A stretch of 64,000 bases of DNA from Geosiphon pyriformis uo1 (taxonomy: Eukaryota > Fungi > Glomeromycota), in contig JAAOMT010000436.1 in assembly GCA_016748015.1 (NCBI GenBank), positions 114,703 through 178,702 on the forward strand, in the 5' to 3' direction. The notes under the pieces were generated by a model. It saw nothing but the letters and a program-made list of their open reading frames with translations. It did not search any database and had not been told where the DNA came from. Shown here piece by piece: positions 23,388 through 38,699 of the stretch (the first letter of the stretch is position 1; each line of letters begins with the position of its first letter). The position numbers were made by a program, and so were the translations under genes.

Positions 23388-26300
23388 TTTTTTTTTTTTT
23401 TTTTTATTAACATTTAACGAATGAAGTCCAAACACTACTTAAAACTATACATCAAAGAAATAATCTAAACTAAGTGCAAATCATGCACTTTCTACATATA
23501 ACCAGCCACTCAAGCCAGTCAAAATAACACTATGTAATTATATTAACAGAAACCAGGTTACCAATACCTGAGAAAAAAAACAAATTTTGCGAAAGCCAAA
23601 ACGGACATCAAAAGCTTCAGCAATACCAAGCAATTTAACCACACCATCTGAAAACCTCGAAACCAAACCAGAAACCAAGATGGAAATCGAGCCATCCACT
23701 GGGATCAGGCCATTCTTTTCCATATATGCACAATACTTGGCATGAACCAACCAAATGTCATTCCTAAAAGCGACACAAAGAGAATGCACAAAATCAGCAA
23801 TCTTGATGCTAGCAACTTTGGAATTATGGAAGATGGAAACAGCCTCCTGAATCTATCCTTTGAAAACAAAACCCTTGTAAAGAGCTAAGAAAACCAGGAA
23901 ATCTGAAGCACAGGTTGACAGCAGCTGTAATACACTTGAAAAAGAGAGGGAAAGACCAGAAAGCATCTTTCAAAAAGACATACAGGATTCCAAAACCCAA
24001 TGACAAGCTGAATCATCAATTACACAAGAAAATACATGATCAGACACCTTCACCTCACCACAATACAGACACAGAACACTAGGGTAACATCTATCATAAA
24101 TGCATTTTTGAACAGCCATGGGAAGCCAATAGTACAAAGCCTTCATAAAGTAAGTATAAGTGTTGGCAATATGCCTGCTGGTGAAACCTGTTGCCATATG
24201 CGAATCAGGATGCCAAACTCTGGAAAAACCAGGCCAATCAACATCCAAGTGCAAATCCCCAGGTAGAAACCCAGAACTGGAACCAACCTCCCAATGCGTC
24301 CAACAAATAGCATAAAAAACATCTCGAACAAAGTGTCTAGAATTACCAGAGATAATACTATCATCCACCAACAAAAAATGTTCATCAACACAAGGAGGAA
24401 GAAACCAATCAGAGAGAGTTGCAGCATCAGCGATGCTATCAGCTCGATTATTTCCCAACACACCAAAGTAATCCTTAATCTTGTGCCAGCTAACTCTTAA
24501 ATTTTTACTGCGAATAACATTCTTAATATGCTGGCACTCGACCCAATACTGATTGCAAAAGTCAGGATACACCAAGTTAATTTCCGACATGCAAGCATCT
24601 AAGGCCACCTGACTATCTGAAAACAGACAAACAGAATGAGCTGCAGGTACACACTTTAGAACCAATGCTATAGCCTGCAATTCTGCCAAAGTAGATGACA
24701 CCAAACCCCGAACACTAATACCCAAACCCAAGTTAACATCTTCAAAAAAGACAGCAGTCCCGGCCCTACAACCAGTCATGCCCAAATTTTTCAATAACCC
24801 ATCTGTATACACAGACAAACTATCAGCACTAATCCAAGAAAGATAATCACATACAAACACAAAATCATCAGAACCACAAATATCAACAGAACCAACACCA
24901 ACTGAGACTAAGGGAGAAGAATGGAAAGTCACAAGGAACTTGACTGAATGTTTGAACCACTCAGGGACTGGACCACAAGGATCTAGTCTCTTCCACCACT
25001 TAAAGATGAGCCAGCTAAAGACATCACCATGACAATCCTGAAGCTGATCCATGAAGACAACACCATAATGCCAAAGGGACGGCAAAAACTTGAAAAACAA
25101 AGAATCACCAAGAACAATAGACATAGGAATCCCACCGCGAAACCAGAAAACACTGGCCAAAAAACCACCCAAAGACAGCCTGTAGTCAAGAAGGATGGAA
25201 ACCACATCAGCCAAGAAATTATTAGAAATACTGACATGAATATGAGTAGAAGAGATCAATAAATGGATCGGCCACCAACACAGAACTTGCAAGTCATGAG
25301 ACCTGTGACTGAACAAACGTCCCAAAATCCTGCTAGAGTTTGCAAAACTAACAAGTGAAGCAACCTTACATTCTGACTGACACTGTAAAAAGGACTTTAA
25401 ACCATAAAAAGAAGGATGGTGAATCATATTACTAGGAAAATCCAGTGGGAGACCAGATTTAAGTTTCAAGTCTTTGCGAATCAGAGCATCCCATTTGGTG
25501 CACATACCAACAGGAACAAAGCTGAACTACATTCTATAGCTGATTATAGGATGGAGGACTGTTGACACCAGATACAAAAATTGCTTATCCAAAACCACCT
25601 TTCTCAGGACCAGATTAGTGAAAAAATGAACATCTGAATTCACCTTAGCCAAATTAGGCTTTGAAAGACCCTCAGTTGAGAGAAAAATATCCAAGTACTA
25701 ATGAGATTCACTTTTTTTGGCAATGGAAATTGGCGAGCCACTAATGGAGAGAAAAAGAACACTAACTCTGCCATTGATAGGAATGGCCACTGTCTTGTCA
25801 TTATTAATTGAAATGTTATTAATTTGAAAAAATTCACTAGCTACATTGAAAATATGCTGAGTAGCATTTTGACTGCTACCAATTCAGATTGTATTATCAA
25901 CAAAAGCACCAGCAGCAAAAAAAGAAGAGAGCCTAGCCTGAGATTTGGTACAACCACTTTTGGAAACAAAATGAGAATTCAATCTATACCTATACACACT
26001 TTTCTGATGCTTGACTTCACACAACAGAGGATCATAAAAAATACGTCACAAAAGGGGGAAAAAAACCTCTTCTTGGTCCAGGCCATCATGCACATGATAG
26101 CCTTCTGTCAAACCAAAATCTGTCATTACATGGTTGGTGCAATTCTTATGAATACTACCAAAAAACCGAATAAATTTGCTGCACATCTTAATCCTGACCA
26201 AACTTTTCTCAAGGTGCTCTCAGCCAACCAAATCATAAGCTTTTCATATGTTCTATAAAACCAACCAAAGCTCTCAGTTTTTTTCCAGAGTGTCTTTAAT

Positions 26301-29300
26301 AACTGAACCAATAGCAAAAATAGGTGACTGAACCATCATACCCTTTAAGACAGAAAAATTGTCACCACATAAGACATCATGAGAGCTGCAAGCCAGTGAA
26401 ATCCTATCTGAAAGAATCTTAAAGAGAATTTTGCAAGCTGTTTTGATCAAAGCAATAGGACAAGTATTTATGAGAACACTTTCCCACTCATAGGGCTTGG
26501 GAATCATTGAAACCCAAGCCTTTTTTCAAGGACTAGGTACCAATTCACAAAACAGACAAGAATTCAACAGGACCAGAAGGAAACCCAAAACTGACTCATC
26601 ACAATGTTTTCATAGCTCATTAGAGATACCTGAAAGACCAGCGGCTTTGCCATTAGGCAGATTGGAGACCACATGATGCAACTCATCAAAATCAATAGCA
26701 CACATTACCCCAGAGAAGGTCTTATCAAAAACATAGTCCAAAAATCAATACTAATGAGACCAAGTATCAAAAACATTATCGACCACTACGCGTTTCCTGG
26801 TCCATCCTTTCATAATATTATCCACTTTGGATTTTACTAAGTCAGGCTCAAAAACCAACTCATTACTTATGACCAAATAATCCAAAACCACCTTGTGAAA
26901 GGGTTGTTCCAGCATGCTTCTAATTATGTGACCTTTATCCATGTCAAAACTCTCTATCCTCTTATCTATAGCAGACTTGATGTCTGCTTCCTTAGCTCTC
27001 AAAGACTCAGCAAGCTTGGATGCGTGATAAAACCTCCTAGCACTAAAGAGAGCAGAATGAACACCATCAGCGCCAGCACCAGAGTCCACCACATCTTGCA
27101 CAAATGAAGCCTTATCATTATCCAAAGAAATCCAATGTCCCATAAGAGACTCAAAATTTACTACACATTCCTCATGTGAGATTTTGACAATTTTGGAAAC
27201 CAAAAGCTCCAATTTGTGAAATCTTGAAGATTCCTTGGTGAAAACATAATCAAAACCCTTGAACCACTTCCTCTTAAACACTTTACTAGCTGAGAGAACC
27301 ATTATCTTGTGAACAATGTCCCACATTGCATCCAAGTCCGAAAACTTCACAGAGATGACAAACTCATCTGAGAACATTGTAGTGTTGGCCAACATGGCAC
27401 CTTTAAAATTGTTCTATCTAATCTCATCAGCACCCTTAAAATCAAACTTCTAACAATCCTTATTTGCCTGTTTGCAAAGAGAGTTCAGCTGCGCATCCAA
27501 AAGCCCACCCAAGCCTATGGACACAGAGACAACCCAGTAATCTGTATCATAATGTTTGCCAACCTCCAAAACATTATGGTGTACAATTGCACTGACCAGA
27601 CTTAAAGAAACAAACACATAATCAATTGTCTTCTTCGCACCTTTTGAATTTTTTCAAGTAGGACTTTTCGCAACTGGACTACCTGACAGAGAGTTGATTA
27701 GCCCCAAATCAAGACACTTCCTAAAACTCGCACTTTTATGCAAACTATCTTCATTGAAATCACCCCCAAAAACAATGAAAGAAGATTCATTAACAGTCTT
27801 AGTGATAAAAAAGTTAACCTCACCAGCCTGAAAGAACTGAACCACCAAAGAAGCACCTGTATAGAGCCCTAAAATTGATACTGAAAGTTTATTCTTGAAC
27901 AGCAACTTGATAAACAAGAGCCAACCAGGCATCTCAGAAACCTTGCACACATGTTTCGCCAAAGAAGAATTCACGACAATCACAACACCAGCACCCAGAT
28001 AACCAGAATCCAAGCCAAAGATAAACACCCTTACACCATCAAATTTGTTGACAATCCAGAGACGAACTCTTCCTTTTAACTTTGTTTCTGTAAAAATTGA
28101 AATCAAATTGTTTATGTCATTGTGCCAACAAATGATGTCATCCTGTTTTGTAGGATTGTTTATGCCCCTGACATTGCAAATAGCAATTTTCCAAACCAAA
28201 CCACTTATTGAGATGAAAGGACAGATGACAAACCCAACCCAGAGCACAAAAGATCCAATCTAGCCAAAACTGTACCAACTGTTGTATCTAAAGCCATCAT
28301 TTTCAATTTCAAACCACCAACTTTGGTGGTCAGGATTTTTGAACTACTAGAACCAAAATCAGAAGCTGTATTGTCAACGACTGTGATGGGAGGAAAAGAA
28401 GAAACCTGTGGAGCATCCAACACTATGTTCAAGTTTGCACTCAAATCCAGAGGAGCAGAGATGACAGAAGGAGAAGCTAGTAAAACAAAAAGCAAAGGCA
28501 CCAATTCAGCAGAGCTCAATCTTTTCAAGATGCCAGAAACCTGGTCAGCCAAGAATTCCAAAGAGCATTCCAAGGACATCAAGCAATTATTCAGACTTGC
28601 GACCACAAGAGAATCAGAATCCATTGAGAGACTTTTGACATTTGAAAACAACTTTGCACCAGAAACAACCAAGAGAACCACACGAGAAAGAGACCCACCA
28701 GTCACTTGAGTCTAAGTTTTACCACCAAAAAGAAACTGGATAAGCAATTGGCACCTGCCTCTTTTTATAAATGTCAGCCAAACAGGCCTGATTCTGAGGA
28801 GTAACCACATGTCTACCACATCTCCCAGAATTCCCACTCACAGAACACATATCCGAAACATGACCAAAATGTTTACACATAGCACAACAGGCCAAAAAAA
28901 GACCAGCCCAATGCAAACTCACACTCTTAAAGATCAGAACTGAACTAATTGCAGCCAACTTGGAAGCTTAATCCACAAAACAAATAACAGCGCATCTATC
29001 TCAAACATACGTAACCAGATTACAGCCAACTATGCAGGTTTTTCCACCATAAGAATTCAACAAATTAGAAAGATCATGGGTGGTGGTGCCAACTGGAAGA
29101 GTATAAAGTAATGCCTAATGCTGATTCCTTGATATTCATGTTTGTTTATTACCAATTGCCAAAGCTACATGCACTGAATCCTTTCCCATAAGAACCAACC
29201 ACTTGAATGCAACCAGGCTGGCTATTTCAGATGATTTAAATTCAACTAAGGTCTTTTGCCAAAAACCAATCAGCTGCATTTTGATGAACACAATCTCACC

Positions 29301-30285
29301 GAATTTAGAAAAAACTGATTCCATTGCCGATCTGAGAAGATCTACTGGAATCTTCTTGACAATCACCTCCTGATCTGAACAGCTGTTTGCTTTTTTAACA
29401 TCATTATTAACCAAAATTTTCTTACTGATTGCCATCTCCCTTGTCTTTATTAAGCTATTTTCAGAAATAAATGAAGATTTGATAATCCCAAGAAATTTTG
29501 AGGGAGTTAACACTCCTCCCAAAACCATCAATTTGATAGAAAATTTTTTTTACTGCAATTAACTTGTTACTAACTAATTTTTCAGACACCACAGAAAGCT
29601 CAATATCAAGTGCAAAAAACTTTGTTGAATCAAAACTTCGCATTTCTGAGGCATGTGACATGAGTGGCAGCAATAGATTGGAACCACTAAGCATACAAGA
29701 AAGGAGCTCCAGCACACTATCGTCATCACTCACATTGTTGAAAAGGGGTTGCTTCATCAGGTTGCTTAGAGTGTACGTCCTGGTGTGTGTTTTCCTCAGC
29801 ATAGCTTTGTCTATGTTGTCATCCTCACCAGATTCTACGTAACTTGTTTCTTTGGCTACCAAGTTCATCATATTTTCCACATCCGAAAGACTGCTCATAT
29901 TGTTCACTACACTACTGACATTGCTACCCCAGGACACCACATATTTGGTACTAGCTTCACCCAAATCTTCCAAGCTAAGAAGACCAACAGACGTATTGAT
30001 TACACCACTAACAGCAGCAGGCTTCTTAGGTTTCTTGTAGAATGTACCACATGAGTGAACACTTGCCAAACGTTTAGATTTAACACCAGAATGGGTCCCC
30101 AAACTCGTCAAAACAGAATCTGAACTACCAGCAGAAGAGTCTGTTGGTTCTATATTAACAAAAAGGGGTATATCAAAAGAAATAACTTTAAGATAAAAGG
30201 GGAAAAAGGAAGAAAAAGAAGGCTATTTTATCAATTTACTTCTTGCTTTTGCTATGATCAGAGGATTGACAAGAGAAAAAAAAAT
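23388..30285 (-). mobile_element. LINE-like copy B, full length, moderately decayed, with poly(A) tail
   Basis: ORF1 (RRM-like, CAMCKHFGHVSDMC knuckle), APE (WKIAICNVRG, GGDFN), RT (PIALI, GAFVDNT), RNase H (VYTDGL, AELQAI, NNRAD), CLYC..H..C finger; T-run at 23388-23405. Confidence 0.92.
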
Positions 30286-30799
30286 CCTACAATTGTATTT
30301 TTTTAATATATTTAAAACAAATTTATTATTTTAAAGCTTGTTTTTTTTAAAAAATAGTAAAAATATTATAAAAAACAAAAAAAATATTTAATTTTATTAA
30401 TTTATAAAAAAATACAATTTAATAATATATTTTAAGATAACTTAATATATGTCTTAATAATTAATTATATATTAAAATACATAATTTATATTTATAATTA
30501 TGTAATTTACAATTTATATAAATATTAAATAGATTATATTTATTAAAACAATAAAAAATTATATTATTTTAATATAATGTTTTTATATATATTATAAATA
30601 AAAAACATTTTTATAAAAATAAAATCAATTATTTTAATAAAAATTATTAAAAAATACTTTAAAAAATATTAATAAATTAAATATTAACAATATGTAAATA
30701 ATATAATTTTATTATTAAAAGCATTTTTTGTTTTTAAAAATTTTTATTTATTTATTTAAATAAATATTATACAATTCTTTTTTTTTCTTGTTTTTATAA

Positions 30800-32055
30800 T
30801 ATTACCAACAGAAAATTGAATTATTAATTAGAATAAAGTTATTTTTATAATTGCTATTATTAATTAACATATATTATTATTTTAATTTATTATTTATTAT
30901 CTTATTAAATTATTTGAATTATTATTTAATTAATATTTCAATTTTATTTTTTTTATTAACCCATTTAATGAGTGCAGCCCAATCGCTATCTAGTACATAG
31001 AACCAAACTAAGAGACTCAGACTAAATGCGACTCACGCACTTTCTACATGTGGCTCACTCAGGCCAGACAAGACAACACTACACATCTATAACTACCCGC
31101 ACACTACCACTCAGACCAGAAAAGAAACAATAAGGCTTCCGACGACCAAAGCTAACAGCAAAGAAATCGGCCAAACCAAGCAACCTCACAACACCATCAG
31201 ACAAAACCAAAGACACACCACACGGGAGCCCAGAAACAACACCAACGTCACAGACCAGACCAGTCTTCTCCATCACCACCTGGTGGCTGGCTCTAGCCAA
31301 CCATACTTTAGCACAATGTAATTCAACAACAAACCTGACATAATCAACAATCCGAGCCGTGGCCAATATTTCAATTTGTACTAAAAATAAATATATCTAA
31401 ATTGTAATAATTAGATTATACAATATATTAAACTATATAATATTTAAAATTTGTCAAAAAATATAGAAATTTAATAAAACATTTAACAATTTACTAAAAT
31501 AATCTATAATTTGTAAAAATAATTTGTAATTTAATAAAATATATCTTTAATTCATCAAAAAAATCAGAAAAAAAAGTGCTAAATTATAGAATAATACTAT
31601 AACAAATTGTATAAAAAAAGAATTTTTTTTTTCATAAAAATATATTATAGTTCATAATATTTTTTTTTAGAATAAATAAATAGTTCTTATAAATCAATTT
31701 AATAAAATTACTTTAAACCCCAAAATTTTTAATTATTAATACTTGAAATTAACTCTTTAAAATTAATATTTTTGAAATTAATTAGCTATTAATTTTAGTA
31801 ACTATTAATAACTTTTAAGTTTGGATTTAAACCAATTTTTGTAAAACATATTTTTTCTTTAATTTATTTTTTTTATATTATTAAGTAGTCTACAGTCGAA
31901 ATTTCTTGTAAAAAAATTGACTTTTACAGCAAAATAACTATATATTAATTAAAGAGCTTACAAACAAAATTTTTTTGTAAAAAAGTTGATTTTTATTGCA
32001 AAATAATTATTTAAATAATTGGCACAAAATTGGTTATTTTATTATAAATTTAACA
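30800..32055. mobile_element. Solo-LTR-like repeat X, copy 1, interrupted by LINE copy C
   Basis: 30800-30944 plus 31365-32055 align with 35142-35918; termini tattac...taaca. No clean TSD. Confidence 0.6.
30945..31364 (-). mobile_element. 5'-truncated LINE copy C (420 bp) with 13-bp TSD
   Basis: ORF2 C-terminus (VVRLLGLADFFAVSFG...VVIDV), 3' UTR and A-tail; flanked by aatatttcaattt at 30932-30944 and 31365-31377. Visibly GC-richer than its flanks. Confidence 0.9.
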
Positions 32056-33199
32056 GTATATATTATTTAAAAAGTAGTATTTACAATAATAGAATTAATT
32101 ATATTATAACAAATTTTGATTTAACTAATGATTATTATGTATATAATAATTTAGATTAAAATAAATTTTTTTTTTACTTTTTTAGTGAAATTTTTATGAC
32201 TTTTTTTTATGTAAAATTAAGAATTAGAAAGGTTTGTGTAATTATTAGATTGATATTAAGTTTGTTATTAAAATAAAACATTAAAAATTAAGCCAGTTTA
32301 CTCTTTTTTTTTGTTATTAAAGAATTTATTAATAATACAATCTAAATAGAAAGCAATAAACTGCTATTTAATATATTTTAAATATTATAAATAAGTTTTT
32401 TCAAGTTAATAATATTTTAATTAATAATAAAAAAACAATGATTATTTTTATCAATTACAAAGTATATGTTTTTTATTGTTAATTAGTAATTTATTAATTT
32501 TAATTGTCAAAAAAAGCTAATTTTATAAATATCTAAATATTTTTTTATTGATAGATAAATTATTTAAGTTTAGTTTAACCAAAACATATTTAAATATCAA
32601 ATTTTTTATGAATTTAGTCTTAAAAAAAACTATATTAAATAAACAATTTCTTTATTTAGTTTTAATTGTTTTGTAATTTATAATTGATTACAAAACACAA
32701 TTTAGTTTTATTTTTAAAAACACATATAATAAATAAGACTTGTTAATTAAAAAAATCTTAAGTTAAAGTTTTATTTGCCAAAAAATTTCTCAAATAAAGC
32801 AGTATATTATTTATTTTTATATAATTTAAAAATATTTAAACAAATACAAATTAAAAATAAGATTACAAATATAATAAACTTATTTAATACTAATAAAATT
32901 CTTGGCAAATTGTTTAAATATTAATTTTTAAATTTACAAATTTTGAACTAGTTTTTATATTATCTATTACAATTTTTTATTAAGTTAATTATTAGTTCAA
33001 TAAACAATTTTTTGGCTAATTTAGTAAATATATTTTGAAATTCTGACTTTTTTTTTAATAAATAATTTGTTTTTTGTATTTTGTTTTATTGTTAATACTT
33101 TAATGTTATTAATATTAGAAGAATAAACTTTTTTTAATGTGTTTTGCTCTTTTAAAAAATTTGATATGATTTTTATTAAGCAACTTTATATTAAAACAA

Positions 33200-34204
33200 T
33201 ATTACTTAAATAGAAAAACCAATTCAAAATTATTGAAAAGATGTAATTAATATGTAATAACATAAAAAAACATGATAACATAAAATAATACAAAATAATA
33301 TATAATAACTTAAAATAATACAAAATAATACACAATAATATAAAATAGCACAGAATAACTAGTTATAATATAAGATAACTAGTTATAATATAAATAAAAC
33401 AATAACAGAAATAGTAAATAATAGTTAATAATAATAAATAATCAAAAGCAATCTTATAAAACTAAAAAATATGTATAAAAACAAGTAATTTTAGCAAATA
33501 AAAAAAACAAACAGAAAACAAGAACCTATTTTTTTTAATATATCTTAGTTTTAACTTGATAAAAATTTTTTATTTTATTTTTTTTATATTCTTTTATTTA
33601 TTATTAAATAAAATATTACTCAATTTACTTGTACATAATTTTAGAATTTGTGTTGTTAAAATCAAATTAATCATTTCTTTTATCTTTATTTTAAGTTAAA
33701 TATTATTAATATAAACAGCTTTAAAATCTTAATGACTTAAACCAATTATTCTTAATTATAATAATTAATAATACTAATTTCTTTTCTCTTTTTATTTTAT
33801 TTTATTTTTTGGTTTTTTTTTTGTAAAATAATAACATTAAAAATTAACTATTTAAAAATAAATTTTATAATAATCTAGTAAAAAAAAAGCTTTTTTTAAG
33901 TTTGAATATTAATTTTATCTTATTAGCTTATCAAAAAAACAAAAAAACAATACTAAATTTTAATAATTATGCTTGACTAGTTCAAAAAAAATAGCTTATA
34001 TTCACAATTGTGAACTGCCAAAAACACATTTCTGTGTTTTATAACCAAAAAACTTTATAGATAAATTTATATATAGAAAAAACTTTTAAAAACTAATAAA
34101 CTTTAGCATATTTCCTAAATAATTAAAAAAAACTTTATAGCTTACTTACTCAAATTTAGAGCACTAAATATTATTACAATATTCTACTAAGTTTATTCAT
34201 AATA
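33200..34204 (+). repeat. 5' LTR of the Gypsy element
   Basis: Aligns along its length with 43003-43993; termini tattac...ataata are TG...CA after transitions. Confidence 0.85.
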
Positions 34205-35141
34205 TTTGGTGCTTTTTGTAAAATTATAAAATTCACAAAGACAGAACACTCTAAAAATTTACAAAATTAGTAATTATTAAGACTATAAAAAAAGATTATT
34301 TGTTATTTAAAAGAACATTATATTACTATTTTAAAAAAAACTTAAAAATATCAACAAAGACTGTTATCATCAAAAGCAATTTTATTTATTATATATATGT
34401 TAAAATTAACTACTTATTAGGCCAAACAACAAATATGAAAAAACTCAAAAAGCAAATTTACCAAAATTATTAGCATATTTAATTTTAATTATCACAAAAG
34501 CTATAACTAAAATTCTTTTTTAATTAATAAAGAGATTAAGTTATATACTCAAAAGCAATGCTTTTAGTTAAAAAAAAAACAAATATTGAAATCTGATTCC
34601 AAAAAATCCGAGTTTAACTCTGATAATAATATATAAATTACACAAAAAAGAGTTTTTTTTATGGTTAATAAAAAATTAAAATTTTTTTACTAATAATTTT
34701 TTTCTATTATCAAACCCAGAAAACAGAAATTTTATTTAATCAACTTACTAAATTATAATTAAAAACTTTAAAAACTTCTGAAAATCTGTACTCTTAGGAC
34801 TCTAACCAAAATTTTTGAACTAAATCTTTAAAAAATATGAATTTTTGTTTGAAAGTCTTATCTTAGCAATTAGTAACTTAAACAAAAACACTTTTTTTTA
34901 AGTATTATTTCTAGTTTAATTATTAATTAAATTAACTATTATTTTCTTAGAAAGAATATTTATATTATAATTTATTGAAATAATTAACAAAAATAACAAC
35001 TAGTTTTAAGGTTAATAAAGCAACTAAATATATTTTTGTTAATATTTTTTTGTCTACACTTAAACAAACTTTTATTACTTAGATTATAACTTATAAAAAC
35101 ATCATTAAACTAGAAAAATTTTCCAGTAAAAAAAACAATAC

Positions 35142-35918
35142 TGTTATTAGTAAAATTTTAGCCATTAATTAATATAAAATTATTTTTATAATTCTTATTA
35201 TTAATTAATATATATTATTATCATTTTATTATTACTTATTATTTAATTAAACTATCAAATATTACTATCTAATTAATAAATTAATTTGTATAATACACAA
35301 TTGTGATAATCAAATTATACAATATATCATACTCTGTAATATTCAAAAATTTACAAAAATTTGTAGAATTTTATAAAATAATTCAATAGTTTACTAAAAT
35401 AATTTATAGTTTGTAAAAACAACTTGAAATTTGCTAAAATGTATTTATTAAAACTATAACAAAAAAAAATGCAAGTTTAAAAATTAGTACTACAATAAAT
35501 TGTATAAAAAAAGACTTTTTTCTTCAAAAAATGTATCTTAATCAGAATTTTTTATTTTATCTTAAAAATACTTTAAAAACAAAATCATTAAATATTTGCA
35601 CTTAAAACTCTCTAAAATCCAATTAATATTTTGAAATTAATTAACTACTAATTTCAGTAATTCATTAATAATTTTAGACATAAACAAAAAACAATTATTT
35701 TAACAAAATTTTTTTTTTATATTTTATTTTTTTATTATAATTATTAAAGTAGTCTACAAATAAGATTTTTGTAAAAAAGTTAACTTTTACAGCAAAGTAA
35801 TTACACATTTTTAATAAGCTTTCAGATAAGCAATTTTTGGAAAAAAATTAACTTTTATTGTAAAGTAATTATATAAATAACTGATACAGAATTGGTTATT
35901 CTACTTATAAGTCTAACA
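35142..35918. mobile_element. Solo-LTR-like repeat X, copy 2, inserted in the Gypsy gag region
   Basis: TGTTA...TAACA inverted termini; aligns with copy 1. Confidence 0.6.
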
Positions 35919-38699
35919 GTTTAAATTATAGAAAATAATTTAAAAATAAATTCAGTTATTAAAGATTCACTTTTAGTAATAGCAAATTTACAAAATAACA
36001 TTAAAAATATTCAAGAAAAAAAACCAAAATTTTTTGATAATAATATATATACATAAATTGCAAAAGCTAAAAAACAATTAAAGTCAATAATTAAAATAAA
36101 ACCAAAACAATCTAAGTCTTATTCTTTTTTTTAATTGGAACTGCAGACTTATAATATCAAAGTCTTAATAAAAAACTGTCTAACTTTGCTATCTTTAAAC
36201 TTGTCTTTTTATAGTATTTTTGTGATTTAAATATATTCATTAAACTACAAAATCAATTTAATATAATAAAACAAAAAGATTATAAAGTTGTAATCACTTA
36301 TTTCGAAATATTTAATCAAACTTACTACAATTAAAAGAGACTATTACACTTTAGATCAAATTTTTAACCAATTTATTAAGAAATTAAAGAACAATATTTT
36401 TTAATTTATTAGATCTTAACATTCCAACAACTTACAAAAAGCAGTAATACTTGCTCATAATTTCAAATTAGCAAAACAAGAAGCCAATTATACCCAAGCT
36501 ATTAATTTAACCATAAATAAAACCTTTAATATTGATACAAAGCTTATTCAATTAAGTGAAAAATTGACTCAGAAAATTAAAATTTTTTTTTCAGAAGTAT
36601 AAAAACTTATTAGCTATTATAATATAGAGAAAATACCAACAAATACTAATAACAACAACAATCTTAAAAACAAAATTTTCATAATTTTTATTATTGTCAA
36701 AAACCTAATTATATTGCAAAAAATTGTTACAAAAAACCATTAAATCAGAATTATAAAAACCAATATCAGCAATAATTCAAATATTTACAATTCACAAAAT
36801 TTTAATAATTCTTGTTTCTATATTAATAATCTTAATACTTTCTTCAATCATTATAGAATTATTATTAATACTTACAAGTAATATTACAAATAATACTTTA
36901 GTATTAAACTTTGTTATATAGTAACCTAAAATTTTAAATTATTAACTTTAATTAAAAATAATAAAACAATAGTAAAAATCAAACTTAATCTATTATAGTG
37001 TTGTTCCAAACTATAAATTATAACAACCTATTACTTTGAACATTCTCAACAGAATATTCAAACCAAATTTTATATTTTGGTCTTATAAAAACTCTGAATT
37101 TTAGTAATGTCATATTTTTAGAAAAAAAACTGTAATTAAAATTATCAATTTTTTTTTAACAATAATTAAGTCACTTTCTAATATAATTTTTCTTACTGCA
37201 ATTATTGAAAATAATACACTTGCAGCCATATTTTTATTTAATATTAACAGCCAAAATTTTGCTAACTTTTTTAACAAAGCTGTTATTAACCAGAACAAAC
37301 TAATTATAGCAATATATACTGATGCCAAAATAAAACAAATAAATATTAAATTAATATTTAACAATAGATTAGCAAACAATATAATTATAAAACAACTTAT
37401 GAATTAATTAAATATTAAATAAATTATATAACTACTATTAAAATAATCATTGTGGATAAAAATACCAAAACATTAATAAAAAAAATTGACTATTTCTCTT
37501 TAAAATTAATAAAATCAAAATTTTAACTAAGGTATTTATTATAAAAGCTACTTAATATTAAGTTTTTATAAGAAATAATTGGTTAATTAAAGCCTATATT
37601 ATATTTAATTAAAATACCCAAGAATTTTAAATCATTTTTAATAAACAATACACTAAAATACTTATCACATATAGATATTTTAAAACAATAATTTTAAAAC
37701 AATCTCTAATCAAATTTAAATAACTTATTCTTCAGCCAACTTTGAAAACTTATTAAGTTTTTTGGGCTAATAATTTCAAAATAAAACTATTACTACCTTT
37801 TACATAAGAAAAAAAAGTCAAAAAAAAACTGATAAAAAACTACAGACATTAATATTAATTTACTTAGCTTTAAATCAAAAAAATCAACCATATTAATTCC
37901 CAAAATTAATCTGTATTAATTGTAAAAAAAAGTTAATCTCAATAGGTATATGTATTAAAAACAATGAAATATAATTAATTGCTACCAAATATTATTGCTG
38001 TCTTTGTATATTAAAATAATTTGAATAATCAAAATAACAAGATAAATAAAACAATATATTATGCTTTACATATAGTGAAATTTTATTAAATAAAAAACTA
38101 TAAAATAATGTTTTTAGCAAAAAAAAAACATGTAACAAATTTTATTAATACACTATTTTAATTAATAACTGGACCAGAAAAAAAACTCTATTTATTACAG
38201 CTTATAGTTGAGCAATAAACTGACTAAATTCATATTTTTATAATAAAGAAAAAATTTGGAAAATGGCTATCATGAAATAAGAAAACACTATAATCAATAA
38301 AATACATATTATAAAAATGTCTTAATAATTATAAAAAAATAGATAATCTATTTACTAATAATCCTAAAGCATTTTAAAACTAGTATTAAGAGCTTGCTTC
38401 TATTCAAAAAAAACAGAAACAAAAACTGATTAATCTTAATACAAAATTGTGTAATTATTATTTGATTTCTTGTTATTTTTAATGCTGTAATGAGTGCACT
38501 CTCTTGTTTAATTCACTTTTATGAACACTTTATCTCATTTTTAAATTCAAAAAACTCGAAAAAAAATATGTATTAGCAATAAAAAACATAATATTTCAAA
38601 AGTTAAGTATGGCTACTAAAATAAAACAATATCTTATCTATTTTAATTTTTTCAAAAAATTAGAACTAAAGTGATACAATAACAATAATAAAAAAATAT

